The notes: generated by a model not told the origin, from the sequence alone. Counted from the first letter of the stretch, positions 1-16,805 are shown. The stretch is DNA of 64,000 nucleotides from the human T2T-CHM13v2.0 reference genome, Homo sapiens (GCA_009914755.4 CP068257.2:44704001-44768000); one strand, 5' to 3'. Numbers and translations are program-made.

Positions 1-834
1 GTGAGGAGACTGCCTACCAAGGAGTTCAGGAAATTGCAGGCAGCAGAAGGGGTAGGACAGAGGAGGGGTTGTGACCTGCAGAGGGGCTGGGCTTTAGCAG
101 GACCAGAGGGGGTGCCCAGGGGATATGTCCCACCTTGGGGCTGGGGGCACTGGGCAGGGAGTCAAGTTTGCAGGAAGCTTCGCAGAGGGTGACGCAAAAC
201 AGGAGCGTGGTCTGCACTTGGTTGGGCATTAAACTCCACGTTGATGAGTTAGTCAATCCCACTAGCAGGCAGACTGACATGTGGGGGATGTCAGCAGCAG
301 GGGCCCAGACCTGTGGACCCGAGGGGCAGAGGTCAGCACCCTCCTCGGTGCAGCTAACCCAGGAACTTGCCTCAGTGGCCAAAATTGCTCTCTTGCCCTC
401 AGTTCTGTAAATGGCCCATGTCCATCAGTATCTATGGTTGTGTGCCTGTCCTGTCTTCCAACCCACATCCATGTAGGGACCCTGAAGCTGGACCAGTGAG
501 TGATTGGGTGAAGGCTGGCTAGCCCGTAGGAGGTCAGGCTCACAGAGGCAGCTCATGGAGATCCTTGGAGGGGCGCACCTCACTCCTGCTGGCCCTGGAG
601 GGGCTGGATTACTCCTGACGTAGAGTTCAACTCACCTTACCCTGGAGGCCATCCAACCAGAAATGAAGTCAGCATGAAACCAGGCCTTACCCTCCCTCCA
701 GATCTGTGGAGGGTGTGGGCTAGGGTCACATGACCTGCCTGGTGCCACACATTCCCAGATGGCAGTCAGGGGTCCTCGCTGGTGCTGCTGGACATGAGCA
801 GACTCTGGCCCCATGTTTAAGATCCCAGTGCCAT

Positions 835-1750
<916 letters not shown>

Positions 1751-1771
1751 CCTGATGCCTTTTAAATTATA

Positions 1772-1885
1772 AGATAGGGCCAGGCAGGCGGAAGTTGCAG
1801 TGAGCCAAGGTGGCACCACTACTGCACTCCATCCTGGGCAACAAGAGTGTAACTCCACCTCAAAAAAAAAAAAAAAAAAAAAAAG
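1772..1885 (+). mobile_element. Alu fragment (right arm + poly-A)
   Basis: gttgcagtgagccaaggtggcaccactactgcactccatcctgggcaacaagag...aaaaaaaa. Confidence 0.8.
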
Positions 1886-2429
1886 GGTATCAGGCCAACA
1901 GGGACCAGATGTTTCCTCATCAGTAGATACTGCACCCACCCAGATAAAGACATAAACAAGACACTCTTACTATCAGTCCTTACCAGAGTACTCTATGGCC
2001 ATGAAAAGAGCAGAACACCACCAGGTCAAAGTGGCCGTTTTACAGACAGTCTTGCTGTCACTTGTGAGAAGCCCTCCACATCTGCTGCTGCAGGCTCTGC
2101 CCACATCAGAGATGCTTCCTTGCCAGATTCTCCTTTTCGTTGAACTGGTTAACTTTTTTTCCTCTCCTCTTTCTCTTGATGTGGAATGTTTATAACATTT
2201 ATGCAGTGGTCAAGTATACTATTATGTATGGTTTGTAATACTGACTGACTTAAGGAGAGACTTGAGCCTGTGTGCCCACAGCTGTGACTGCCAAGTGAAT
2301 GGGAAGCACTAAGAATTGCCTCCTCGGGATCTCTAGTAGTATACATAACATGCTCCAGAGGGCATGGATTTGTCAGACTTTTTTTTTAAATAGGGTTTTT
2401 AAGAACAGTTTTAGATTTAGAGTAATTGA

Positions 2430-2695
<266 letters not shown>

Positions 2696-3249
2696 GCCAG
2701 TGCACCTGGCCCATTTGTTATGATTAATGAACCAATATTGAGACACAAGTAACTGAAGTCCACACTTTGACAGTTTCCTTAGGTTTGCCTCATGTCCCTA
2801 ATGTGGTATCCATCAGAACACCCCATTACATTGAGTTATGTGTCTTTAGGCTCCTTCTCAGACTTTCCTCGTTTTTGATGACCTTGACAGTTTCGAAGAG
2901 TACTGGGCAGATATTTTGAAGAATGTCCCTCAATTAAAATGTGTCTATTATCTCCTGGTTAGACTGGGACTGCAGGTTACAGAAAGGAAGCATCTAGGGG
3001 TGAAGTGCCACTGTCACCCCATCACATCAGGGACACACACTGTCACCTCGACTATAACTGTGAGGCTGACCTGCGTCACTTGGCTGAGGTGGAGTCTGCC
3101 AGTTTTCTCCACAATAAAGTGGCTCTTTCCCTCCTTTTCTTTATTGCACTCTTTGGGAGGAAGTGGCTATGTGTGGTCTACACTTAAGGAGAGGGGAGTT
3201 ACGTTTCCCTCCTTGAGGGTGAGTATCTACAAAATTTATCTGGGCAGCT

Positions 3250-3650
3250 TTTTTTTTTTTTTTTTTGAGTTAGGGTCTCAGTCTGTCACCCAGGTTGGAG
3301 TGCAGTGGTTGCCTGGCCTTGACAGCTTTTTAATAGTTTAAAATGAATTGAGGCTGGGCGAGGTTGCTCATGCCTGTAACTCCAGCACTTTGAGAGGCCA
3401 AGGCAGGTGGATCACTTGAGCCCAGGAGTTCAAGACCAGCCTGGGCAACACAGTGAGACCCTGTGTCTACTAAAAATACAAAAATTAGCTGGGCATGGTG
3501 GTGTGCCTGTAATTCCAGCTGCTCAGGAGGCTGACATGGAGAATCACCTGAGCCCGGGGAAGTTGAGGCTGCAATGAGCGGTGGTCTCACCACTGCACTC
3601 TAGCCTGTGTGACAGACTGAGACCCTGCCTATAAAAAAGAAAAGAAAAAA
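3250..3650. mobile_element. Alu fragment (-, 3250-3332) followed by full-length Alu (+, 3351-3650)
   Basis: tttttttttttttgagttagggtctcagtctgtcacccaggttggagtgcag; gaggctgggcgaggttgctcatgcctgtaactccagcac...aaaagaaaagaaaaaa. Confidence 0.9.
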
Positions 3651-3930
3651 GAACTGAAATAAGACCCAAGTCCAACATTAGCAGAACCTCTCTAGGATGT
3701 CCACAGAAACGACTCTGGGGTTCTGAGGAACACAGTCTAGGCAAACCTGGGCACATCCCCTCAGTCCCACAGTTGTAAATGTATTGTAACACGTAACAGT
3801 TGTGAGATTCAGGCGCGGTCTGGGTCTCTGTTCCTGGAAAGTGTGATCCTGTGGGTGCAGCCCCTGCTCGCTTGGCTGTGTTGCCTGCCTGGCCCCTGCT
3901 CTAATGAGCCCACTGCCCAGAGTTTGCTCA

Positions 3931-4212
<282 letters not shown>

Positions 4213-5213
4213 TCAGCGAGGAGCCACTCCAGCACGCTCGGGAAGGGCATCGTTACTGCTGCAAACAAGCACACGGCCCTCCACGACGAACCTTTTGCAA
4301 GTGAAGGCGCACGAACAGGCCCGGAGGGACTACAAAGAAACCCAGAAACCAGACTTGGACACATGAAATAAAGGGGTTAGCTGAAGGAATACTCCACAGT
4401 TAAGGACGGCCTGCGCGAGGTCACCGGCCCTGTCTTGGTTTTTTGCCACTTCGCTCCAGTTAGTTTCCCAAGTTCCACCTACGCGCGCGCCAGCTGAGAA
4501 AACGCCCACCCCGGCGGTCCCGCCACAGGTCACAGGCGGTGCGGACCCCGGGACTGTGTCCGGGCTTCGGTGTCCAGAGAGCTCCAAGACACCCAAACCT
4601 TCCGTGGTTTCCACCTCTGCAAGCTTATGTTCCGCTGAGCTCAAGCTGAGGGACGACGACCTCATGCGACGTCAGTTTCCCCCTGGGACCACGAACCCAC
4701 GGCCCCATTTCTCTTCTGTCTACTAAAAACCTTTTCTTTTCTTTTTTTTTTGAGACCTAAGACATCAGTGAGACACACGAGCAGACACGGGCTCGGTCGG
4801 GAAAGGCGGGAGCTCCAAGCGGCGGGGCCTGCAGGTCCAGGCGGTTCGCGGGCTTTCTGACCGCATTCGGCCGAGTTCTTCTCTGAAGACCCAGGACCCC
4901 CGGCCGAGGGGGCGCATTCGGCGGGCTGGTGGCGTAGGATTTTGTTTCGGGTTCCCAGGGTCCCGGCAAGGGTGAGGGAGCCCTTGCGGATCCCCTGAGA
5001 TCCACCTCAGCAGCCTCCTCCGTGGTAGGCCTCAACTTCCCGCGGCGGCCCACAGCCAACGACTAATGCCTGAGCGGGAGAAAACGGCCTGGCCCTGTCC
5101 GGGTGGTTGCTGAGCACCGTTCGGCGCCGCCCGCGCCTGCAGGGAGCCCGGCCCGCTGTCCTGGTGGACACAAAGCCCAGGGGCCGCCCGCGCGGGACCA
5201 GCAGCGCGAACTT

Positions 5214-5221
5214 TTTGCCGC
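5214..5221 (+). promoter_or_regulatory. E2F-like motif TTTGCCGC (fits TTTSSCGC)
   Basis: aactttTTGCCGCtcggcc. Confidence 0.3.
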
Positions 5222-5242
5222 TCGGCCAGCCTGGCAGGGGAT

Positions 5243-5248
5243 TTTAAA
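5243..5248 (+). promoter_or_regulatory. CHR-like TTTAAA element 6 bp upstream of the CCAAT box
   Basis: gggatTTTAAAatcggccaat. Confidence 0.2.
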
Positions 5249-5253
5249 ATCGG

Positions 5254-5258
5254 CCAAT
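5254..5258 (+). promoter_or_regulatory. CCAAT box (NF-Y type) ~320 bp upstream of ATG
   Basis: cggCCAATcacagc inside the CpG island. Confidence 0.5.
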
Positions 5259-5351
5259 CACAGCGGGCGCCAGGCCTCCGCTTTCCGCTTACTGGTCCTG
5301 CCGTAGGAGGCGGGTACGTGAGCGCACCAATCTGTGGCCGGCGAGCGTAAA

Positions 5352-5360
5352 GGGCGGGGC
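5352..5360 (+). promoter_or_regulatory. GC box (Sp1-type GGGCGGGGC)
   Basis: aaGGGCGGGGCtccgccc. Confidence 0.5.
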
Positions 5361-5419
5361 TCCGCCCAGGCTGCACCGCCCAGAGCGCGCGTGCGCGAGA
5401 CCGGAAACGCAGCCCCCTG

Positions 5420-5424
5420 ATTGG
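5420..5424 (-). promoter_or_regulatory. Inverted CCAAT box (ATTGG) ~150 bp upstream of ATG
   Basis: ccctgATTGGcggcgcg. Confidence 0.5.
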
Positions 5425-5435
5425 CGGCGCGTGTC

Positions 5436-5447
5436 GGGGGCGGGGCC
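5436..5447 (+). promoter_or_regulatory. GC box (GGGGGCGGGGCC)
   Basis: tcGGGGGCGGGGCCgcgg. Confidence 0.5.
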
Positions 5448-5504
5448 GCGGCTGCGTGACAGTTGTCGCGGGGGAGGGCGAGCCCAAGCGCGGGGGAGGG
5501 AGTG

Positions 5505-5510
5505 TAAATA
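5505..5510 (+). promoter_or_regulatory. PCNT: TATA-like TAAATA ~65 bp upstream of ATG; TSS inferred ~25-35 bp downstream
   Basis: gagtgTAAATAgagcgaagg in an otherwise GC-rich context. Confidence 0.35.
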
Positions 5511-5573
5511 GAGCGAAGGCTGCTCTGTGTCAGCCCCGTCACCGCCGGGCGGCCCGCGCGGAGTCTGAGGGAG

Positions 5574-5627
5574 ATGGAAGTTGAGCAAGAGCAGCGGCGC
5601 AGAAAGGTGGAGGCCGGGAGGACGAAG
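5574..5627 (+). CDS. PCNT: Pericentrin exon 1, coding part (MEVEQEQRRRKVEAGRTK)
   Basis: ATG at 5574 in the CpG island; 18 codons; donor GTAAAC at 5628; continues in frame into exon 2. Confidence 0.9.
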
Positions 5628-5845
5628 GTAAACATTAGGGGCTTCTTCTCTAGCTGCTCTGGCGTGAAGTCCTAAGGGCGGCTCCGGTGCCCGCCACCGC
5701 CCCCTGCCAGGAGAGGACGCGGTCCGGCGGAAGCCGCCGCGGAGGTCTCGCTTTTTCCCGCCGGCTCCGCTGGAAGCCGCCTCCTGGCCGCCGCCATCTT
5801 GAATCCGCCGCTCTCCGCCAGGTCCCGCCCCCGCCGCGGCCACAG

Positions 5846-5850
5846 CCAAT
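5846..5850 (+). promoter_or_regulatory. CCAAT box inside intron 1, GC-rich context
   Basis: cacagCCAATcagcggcc, followed by GGGCGG motifs. Confidence 0.3.
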
Positions 5851-5880
5851 CAGCGGCCGGGACGCGCGGCGCCTCTCGGG

Positions 5881-6025
5881 CGGGCCGGGGCGGGGCTGCG
5901 CCGCGCCTGCGTCGGGGGGTGGGTGGGGCGCGGGCTGGGCGCGGTGCACGCCGGGGCGGGGTGTGGCTGCAGGGCGGGGCTACAGGGGCGTGGCGTGGCT
6001 GCACGGAGGGGGTGGGGCGCGGCAG
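5881..6025 (+). repeat. G-rich imperfect tandem (~30-36 bp units) / G-quadruplex-prone cluster at the start of intron 1
   Basis: Repeated ggggcggggt-gtggctgca / gggcggggctacaggggcgtggcgtggctgca blocks; many GGG(G) runs on the + strand. Confidence 0.6.
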
Positions 6026-7729
6026 GCGCTGGACCCCAGGCTGGATCTTCCAGTGGCTCCCGCGTCCTCCGGGACCGGGTGGCCTGGGGCGGGCGGCCGG
6101 TATTCGGGTGGCTGCTTGGTCTAGGGCCAGTTTCCTGCGCGGCCGGGGCCGGGGGCGTGGCGCGGGTGGCCTGCAGCGCCTCCCCAGGGTGCGCCTTCGC
6201 CTCGTCCGTCGGAGATGCTTTCCCCGCGCGTTTCTCGCGGCGTTGCAGTCCTTACTGTGTGAAAGGCCCCCGCGGCGCTCCCGGCCGCCGTCTTCTTCCC
6301 GCGCCCTTGGGCTCGCGTCCTGCCCGTCCGGGCCTGGCGTAGCGCTGCCGGGAACGCACGCGGCGCTGGCGCCGGGCGCCTTCAAGGGACGCGCTCCCGT
6401 CTTTCTCCCGCCCCGGGTTTCTCCGTGAAAAAGCGCTCGGTTTGATGGCCACTGTCCTAGGTTTCGTGGGAATAAAGCGCGCAGAGCCCATGACTCGGGG
6501 GCAGGAGAAAGGGAGTCCCGAAAGCGCGAGGCGGAACCGCGGGAGCAGGCCGGCCTCTGCGAGGTGCGCGCGGCTCCCCCCCAGGATGTTCTGGCTGGGG
6601 TGCTGGGGAAGAGCGGGGCTCCCGGGCACGGCGGACAGGGGACGCGGGGCTAGGCCGGGGAAGGGCTGAGGCGGGCAGGAGGGGAAGGGGAGCCCGGAGC
6701 CTGCAGGGAGCTGCGAACAGGAGCAGAGCTCCCAGGAGGGTGGAGGGGGGAGGGAGGGACAAGACGCCGCCTGTAGGGCGACGCAGGCCGCAGACCAGGT
6801 CTGTGCTATATCCCAACATGGATAGGTGTGGTGGAGGAGGACATGAAAATAAACGACATGAGGTTGACTTTGAAGGAAATATTTCCTTGAGAGACCATTT
6901 TCTTGTGTAAATGGCCTTGTGTAATTTTTCTGGGTCCATGAGCTTGTGTACTTGTGTTATCATTTACACAAATGTGTGTTCCATGCGTTTGTTTTTGTGG
7001 CCACAGTTGTCTTTTGAGGGAACAGATGTCTCCCCGTGAAAGGCTGATGTGGGATCGATCGCATACCTCTTGAGTAAGACGTTAGCGGGAGATGAGGCTC
7101 GCACATAGTCTCAAACTCTCGGATTTGAGGACTGAGCAGAGCTAGGCTGTGCCTTCTGATGGGCGATGCTCTGTGGATGTCCCTGGTGCTTTGGTGAGCT
7201 GTGTCATGAAAAATAGAACATCTGATTCCATAAAGGAAGATGTGAGATTGACCTGGCTTAATTAATTTTTTGCTATTTCTGTATCTTGTCTCAGAATCTA
7301 TGGCTAGGAAGTTTTGGCTGGGCTATATATTTCTTCAGTTGGGGGAAAATTGGGGCAAGAAGGGAGAGATTTAGCTTTTATATCATTTTAAAACTTAAAT
7401 ATGCCTTGATTAAGCTATCAATCTTTTATACAAATTTTTTTTAAAGTTTTATTTTTCTGTAAACTGCCAAGGGCTAGGAAAGCTATTCTGCCAATCAGCC
7501 GTATGGTTTTCTTTACCAGGCATAATTAGCAGTCCTCATTGTTAGACCCCTTGGATATAGATATTGATGAAGGCAGTGTTTGTGGAGAGCCATCTGTTGG
7601 CCAGGTGTGGCAGAGTAGACTGGGTCAGCCCTCGGGCCTCATGGTCCCCACCAGTCTGTTGACTTTGTGGTTCTGTTATTTTTTTCTCACTTACCTTTGC
7701 CTTTACTACTTATCTACATTTTTGCGCAG

Positions 7730-7942
7730 CTTGCTCACTTCCGACAGAGAAAAACAAAAGGTGACAGTTCGCATTCGGAGAAAAAGACGGCGAAGAGGAA
7801 GGGCTCGGCTGTCGATGCGTCTGTCCAGGAGGAGAGTCCGGTAACCAAGGAGGACAGCGCACTCTGTGGAGGAGGGGACATTTGCAAAAGCACATCATGT
7901 GACGACACCCCTGATGGGGCAGGAGGGGCCTTTGCAGCTCAG
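7730..7942 (+). CDS. PCNT: Pericentrin exon 2 (LAHFRQRKTKGDSSHSEKKTAKRKGSAVDASVQEESPVTKEDSALCGGGDICKSTSCDDTPDGAGGAFAAQ)
   Basis: Acceptor tttgcgcAG|c at 7728-29; donor cag|GTAGAT at 7943; 213 nt, phase 0-0. Confidence 0.9.
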
Positions 7943-8068
7943 GTAGATTTGCTCAATGTTGTATTTGAACATTTCGCTTATCTTCTAGTGATTTCTAGTG
8001 TGATTTACTAAAGATGGTCTTTGGTCTGTTTTTGCCTTTCAAAAGTGAGGAAAGAGGGTGTTATTTTA

Positions 8069-8917
<849 letters not shown>

Positions 8918-9607
8918 CCTGTTTTATCTTTATTATGTAATTTTGAGAAGTTTTGGATTAACTACTTGAAGACAAGTGTCAGTTGTTTGCTTTGTAATGG
9001 AAGACTGGGAGTTCTTCGTGTGTGGTCGTGTCAGCCCCTTTGATGGGTGTTTCTTGGGACATTTAAAACATAATATTCCTTCACATAGTTGTAAATGCAC
9101 CTGCTTGTCACATTTGTCTTTTACCTTTTTACTAAACGTGAGATGAAGAGGGAAGGGGTGAAGGTGTTGCAGACATGGTGTGTTGCTGGAGGAGACTGGG
9201 TCTGCTGCTTGAGGCCTTGTGAGCTGCAGGGGCACCCCCATGGGCAGGTGTGGCAGGTGAGTGCACACTGAGTCCTGAAGGGGCTGGCCTTCCGGGCTCC
9301 TTGGGGGCCTACAAACCTGCCTGGAGGCGGGCTGTCCTTGGGCCTTTTGTATGAATTATGAACGAGGGCCTTAGGTGTTGAGTGTCCCTGCTGCTGCAGC
9401 AGAATGGGTGCAGGCTTTGATGTTTGCTAGGATTTGCTGGAAAACTGGTGGCCAAAGGCAGAATCTGGCTCAAGGTCATAATGTATGTATCCTGCTTTAC
9501 TTAAAAAATTGAGTTGTTGGCAACAGTTAAAATTTGTGTTATTCTACCTACAAATCCTGAATTTTGCTTTTTATCTCTTGAGTGTTTTTGGTTGTTGGGT
9601 TGGTGTG

Positions 9608-10428
<821 letters not shown>

Positions 10429-11477
10429 TGCATAGACGTTTTAAAAGTAGTAAGCTGATAAATATATGTGGGAATCTCAGGATCCTATCAGAAAACCATT
10501 CCAAACTTAGCACATTTTGTGGTAAATTGTATTTGGAGACTGATGGGTCGTTAACATTAGAAGGCATGGTATAGACTCCTGATTAAACACTCATACTTTG
10601 CTGTTTCATCAGGTAGAGACTCTCTTAGTTTCTAACTCTGCTATTTGATGCATGCCTTCATTCAGGAAGATGATCTGATGAAAAGCATTTTGATTTTTGT
10701 TTTCAAAACCAGAAGGGCATATACCAGAAAATTAACAGTGGTGGTCAGAAAGGAATAGAGTTGTTGGTTTTTTCGTTGTTATGGTTTTTGGTATTTCCTA
10801 CAATAAACACATTAGGTTACTTATATAACATTTTTTTTCATTTTAGAATTAACTATACCACTAATAAAACATGTATTTTGGACATCTTAAAGCAATCTAT
10901 AAATAACAGGCCCATTACTGGTCCCCTTGACTTAGAGATGCACACGCACACTCACTGCACTTGCTGCATTTTGTGTCACCTCCTCGTGACCACAGTGGAC
11001 AGGACACTTCACCCTCAAGCGTGGGGTGGTGTGGCAGATGTGAGGAGAGGTCTGCTTTCACAAAACTTGGTGAAACAATGGCAAGATGGCCAAGGTAAAG
11101 CATTCTGTTACTTATAACTGTTGCTGTGAGTAGTAACTTAACTGTTTAAAGCAGTATTTTAAAAACCAAAAGCTGGTAAAATGTAAGGATACTTTCTCTA
11201 GGAAAAGTATGTGCTCCTGCAGCCAGGATTCTTCATGGAATGAAGGCATGGCAGGGCCTGACTGATTTTCATCTCACATCGTCATCCTGAACTCCTCTGC
11301 ACAGTTACAGCTTGACATCAGCAGAGACATACCTCCTCTTCCTGTCCATTGGCTCTAAAATGGTGGGCAAAGGTCAGGTACCAGTCAGCTTTTTCCACAG
11401 AATTCCTGACATTTTAATAAGCTAAACATGCAGTCATCAGGTATTAACCCCTATTGGATCTTGGACATCAGCTTTTT

Positions 11478-11775
<298 letters not shown>

Positions 11776-12364
11776 AATTTATTTTCTTTATACATGTATA
11801 GGTAAACTAAGTAGTATGTGTAGAATAGAGCCATTGTCTTTCTGCTGTACACTAAGTTAGGAATCAAATTTCTTAAGCCATTTTGTCAATTATGTATATA
11901 AAAACCATTGGTGCTTTAGAAGCAGATATTTCATTAACTTTTTTCTGATTATATCATTGTACATCATCAGTTCAGTCTAAAAAGGAGTTTTTTTCATATG
12001 TATTATAAAATATTTCATGATATTTGAGTTTAGTATGCCTTTAATCCAGTTGTAGATGTTAAAATAGGAGTAATTTTGTGTTCAAAATAATGATCTTCTG
12101 AAAAGTGAAATTCTAGGAAAGAGTCCACTGTTTAAAGCTAGCAGCTGGTGGCCGTGTGGCCGAATAATGTCCCAGGCCAGGGCACTCCCCTCTCAGATGG
12201 TTGGTCATGCTGCGTCGGAGATCAGGAATCCTCAAGGAACCTTTATGTTATAGTTGTACCAGTGCTTTAAACATAATGAAAGGTGCATTTGTTTTATTTT
12301 ACCCATCTATAAATTGTGAGAGGTTTGGCTATGGAGAGTCTAGTGAGCTTATTGAACAGCATAA

Positions 12365-12425
12365 GAAGATAAGTGTGTGTGTTTGTGTGTGTGTGAGAGT
12401 GTGTGTATGTGTGTGTGAGGGGGAG
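12365..12425. repeat. GT-rich microsatellite, (GT)n with interruptions
   Basis: gtgtgtgtgtttgtgtgtgtgtgagagtgtgtgtatgtgtgtgtgaggggg. Confidence 0.8.
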
Positions 12426-12524
12426 GGAGAAGTTATTGTGCTTTCCAACATATAATAAATTGCTTACTTTGATCACTAACTGTTAGGTAAATACTGATGA
12501 TTTCTAGCATAAGTCTTTTTTCTT

Positions 12525-12680
12525 TTTTTTGGAGACAGGTCCTCCCTCTGGCGCCCAGGCTGGAGTGCAGTGGCCCAATCAGCTTACTTCAGCCTTGACC
12601 TCCCTGACTCAGGTGATCCTCCCACCTCGGCCTCCCAAAGTGCTGGGATTACAGGCATAAGCCGCTGTGCCCAGCTGATA
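12525..12680 (-). mobile_element. Alu fragment
   Basis: ttttttttggagacaggtcctccctctggcgcccaggctggagtgcagtggcccaatcag...acaggcataagccgctgtgcccagc. Confidence 0.85.
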
Positions 12681-12887
12681 TAAGACATATTTTTAACCAA
12701 CTTTAAGATCTTAGTTTTTTTTCAGGATGGTTATAAGCGAAGGTAGAATTGCAGAAAGACTTTGTGGTAAATATTCAGGATTCGGCTCTGTTGCCTTACA
12801 ATTTGTTAAGTGCATGATGGAAAAATAGTTGAAACAATGCAACAGCTGTCTCAGTTCTGAAAGTTAACTCAGAAATGGCAGAAAGCA

Positions 12888-13600
<713 letters not shown>

Positions 13601-14184
13601 CTAGTGCTATAGAAGGCTTAAGAAGTGTGGTTCTAGCACTTTTCCAACTCATATTTGTATCAAATACCAGGAAAAATAGTTATCACCATTTATCATCTAG
13701 ATTTCTGGGCCGTTTTACTGTTTTGTCATTTTAAGTTGTTTTACACGTAATTTACAGAAGTAAGAATAAAGCAATAATTTAAAACAACTTTATAAGAAAT
13801 TTGATCCAACCTCTTTGTATCAAGTAAGTTTTGACACACAAACATTAGAAGTGTCCTCTTAAGGAAGTGGATGGTCCAGGTTCCTTTGAAGTGTGATCAT
13901 TCATGTGAGCGGGCAGCTGATTGAGACTACTGTGTCCCCTTTTCGTCCCTCACTTCCTCTTGATTCTGAGAAGATTGATCTAGGGTATTGTCAAATGAAG
14001 ACTTGTCTGAGATTTTATTTTCACGTCAGTTTTGCCATCATCATTGGCCATGGGTGCTCTCTCTCTGCATTCATCTTGTGACTCATCTAATGATCCCGAA
14101 AAGTCGACACTGTCATGTTTCTTTGCTATTTTGGGAAGAAATTGAAATGTTCTTAGTGAATCATCTTGTTAAAGCAAGCTAATC

Positions 14185-15655
<1,471 letters not shown>

Positions 15656-15751
15656 TCAGCACAGGCCTGCAGATAGAGGAGCTGGGAAGGGCCTGAGGCT
15701 GCAGCCCTAGACCTTGCTTTAAATGCTTCTTTCTGGTCCTCCCCTTCTTAG

Positions 15752-16162
15752 CCGGAGGACTGTGATGGAGAGAAGAGAGAGGACTTGGAACAGCTGCAGC
15801 AGAAGCAAGTCAATGACCATCCTCCAGAGCAGTGTGGGATGTTCACAGTCAGTGACCACCCACCAGAACAGCATGGGATGTTCACAGTCGGTGACCACCC
15901 ACCAGAACAGCGTGGGATGTTCACAGTCAGTGACCACCCACCAGAACAGCATGGGATGTTCACAGTCAGTGACCACCCACCAGAACAGCATGGGATGTTC
16001 ACAGTCAGTGACCACCCACCAGAACAGCGTGGGATGTTCACAATCAGTGACCACCAACCGGAACAGCGTGGGATGTTCACAGTCAGTGACCACACACCAG
16101 AACAGCGTGGGATCTTCACAATCAGTGACCACCCAGCAGAACAGCGTGGGATGTTCACAAAG
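15752..16162 (+). CDS. PCNT: Pericentrin exon 3 (PEDCDGEKREDLEQLQQKQVND + 9 copies of a 13-aa DHPPEQxGMFTVS repeat ... FTK)
   Basis: Acceptor ccccttcttAG at 15750-51; donor aag|GTATTC at 16163; 411 nt, phase 0-0. Confidence 0.9.
15818..16160 (+). repeat. PCNT: Coding 39-bp tandem repeat, ~9 copies, inside PCNT exon 3
   Basis: Unit caccaccagaacagcatgggatgttcacagtcagtgacc with point variants, giving HPPEQ[C/H/R]GMFTVSD x 9. Confidence 0.9.
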
Positions 16163-16805
16163 GTATTCTTTAAGTTCTCTGTTAAGGTGTATTCTTTGTC
16201 AAAAGATTTCTTTATGTTGTAGAAATCCAAACCAGTGAGAGGACCTTCCATCTCTGCAGGGCCTCTCTTTAGAAGTGGAAACTGGAAGCATAGAGAGCTG
16301 GAGGCAGAGGCTCACCCTGTAGGCCCCACGTGCTGCCGCCTGCACGTTCTTAGTGTTGCCTGTGAATGGGAAGCCTCTCTTCATACCCTTCTCCCTGAGC
16401 TCAAATCTGCCTCCCTTGTGATCTTCCTTTTTTGTTTTTCCCATGGGACATTGAAGAGAAGCCACCCTTCATAAGTTTGAGGAATGTCATGAATTCCCTT
16501 TATTCTAGTTGCCCTTGTCGATTGACTCACCTGTCTGTTCAGCCTGTTTCTTAGGCCTGGTACCTCGTTTCTCACATCATCAGTTTGTGACTGGAAGTCC
16601 TGTGCCAGTTGAGAGCCTGGCAGGGCAGGGAGGCTGTGGTCAGTCTGCATGTCCCTGGTTTCTGCCACGTTCCTGGTGGGATGAATTCCATACGTGTTGA
16701 GTTGATTACCTTTATTTTATTGACATGTTTTTTGTTAGCATGTGGAGGAAAACATTAAGTTTGGAATTGACTACTTTTGAAGTGTTATGTTAAAAGCATA
16801 TATTT

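Larger units (their letters stand above)
4390..6700. promoter_or_regulatory. PCNT: CpG island spanning PCNT promoter, exon 1 and 5' part of intron 1 (probable bidirectional promoter)
   Basis: Very high CpG and GC density from ~4390 to ~6700, against CpG-depleted flanks. Contains the start codon at 5574. Confidence 0.85.

Noticed and set aside
4757-5059. 100-aa minus-strand ORF just upstream of PCNT, tempting as the first coding exon of the divergent neighbour
   Set aside because: The frame does not begin with ATG at the reported start (the sequence reads TTG). It is GC-rich and low-complexity. I cannot place a splice donor, so the divergent gene's exon 1 is left as an unverified inference.
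5283-5289. Second E2F-like site TTTCCGC
   Set aside because: It does not fit TTTSSCGC: after TTTCC comes GCT. It is too degenerate to call.
5672-6428. Very long ORFs on both strands inside the CpG island (e.g. 5672..6385 minus, 237 aa; 5799..6428 plus, 209 aa), rich in Arg/Pro/Gly/Ala
   Set aside because: They are products of about 75% GC (stop codons are AT-rich). They overlap each other in several frames, have no splice or start context, and show a low-complexity composition. They sit in intron 1 of PCNT.
15719-16251. Minus-strand ORFs of 137 and 167 aa across exon 3
   Set aside because: They are antisense to the verified PCNT exon 3. They stay open only because the 39-bp repeat propagates stop-free frames.
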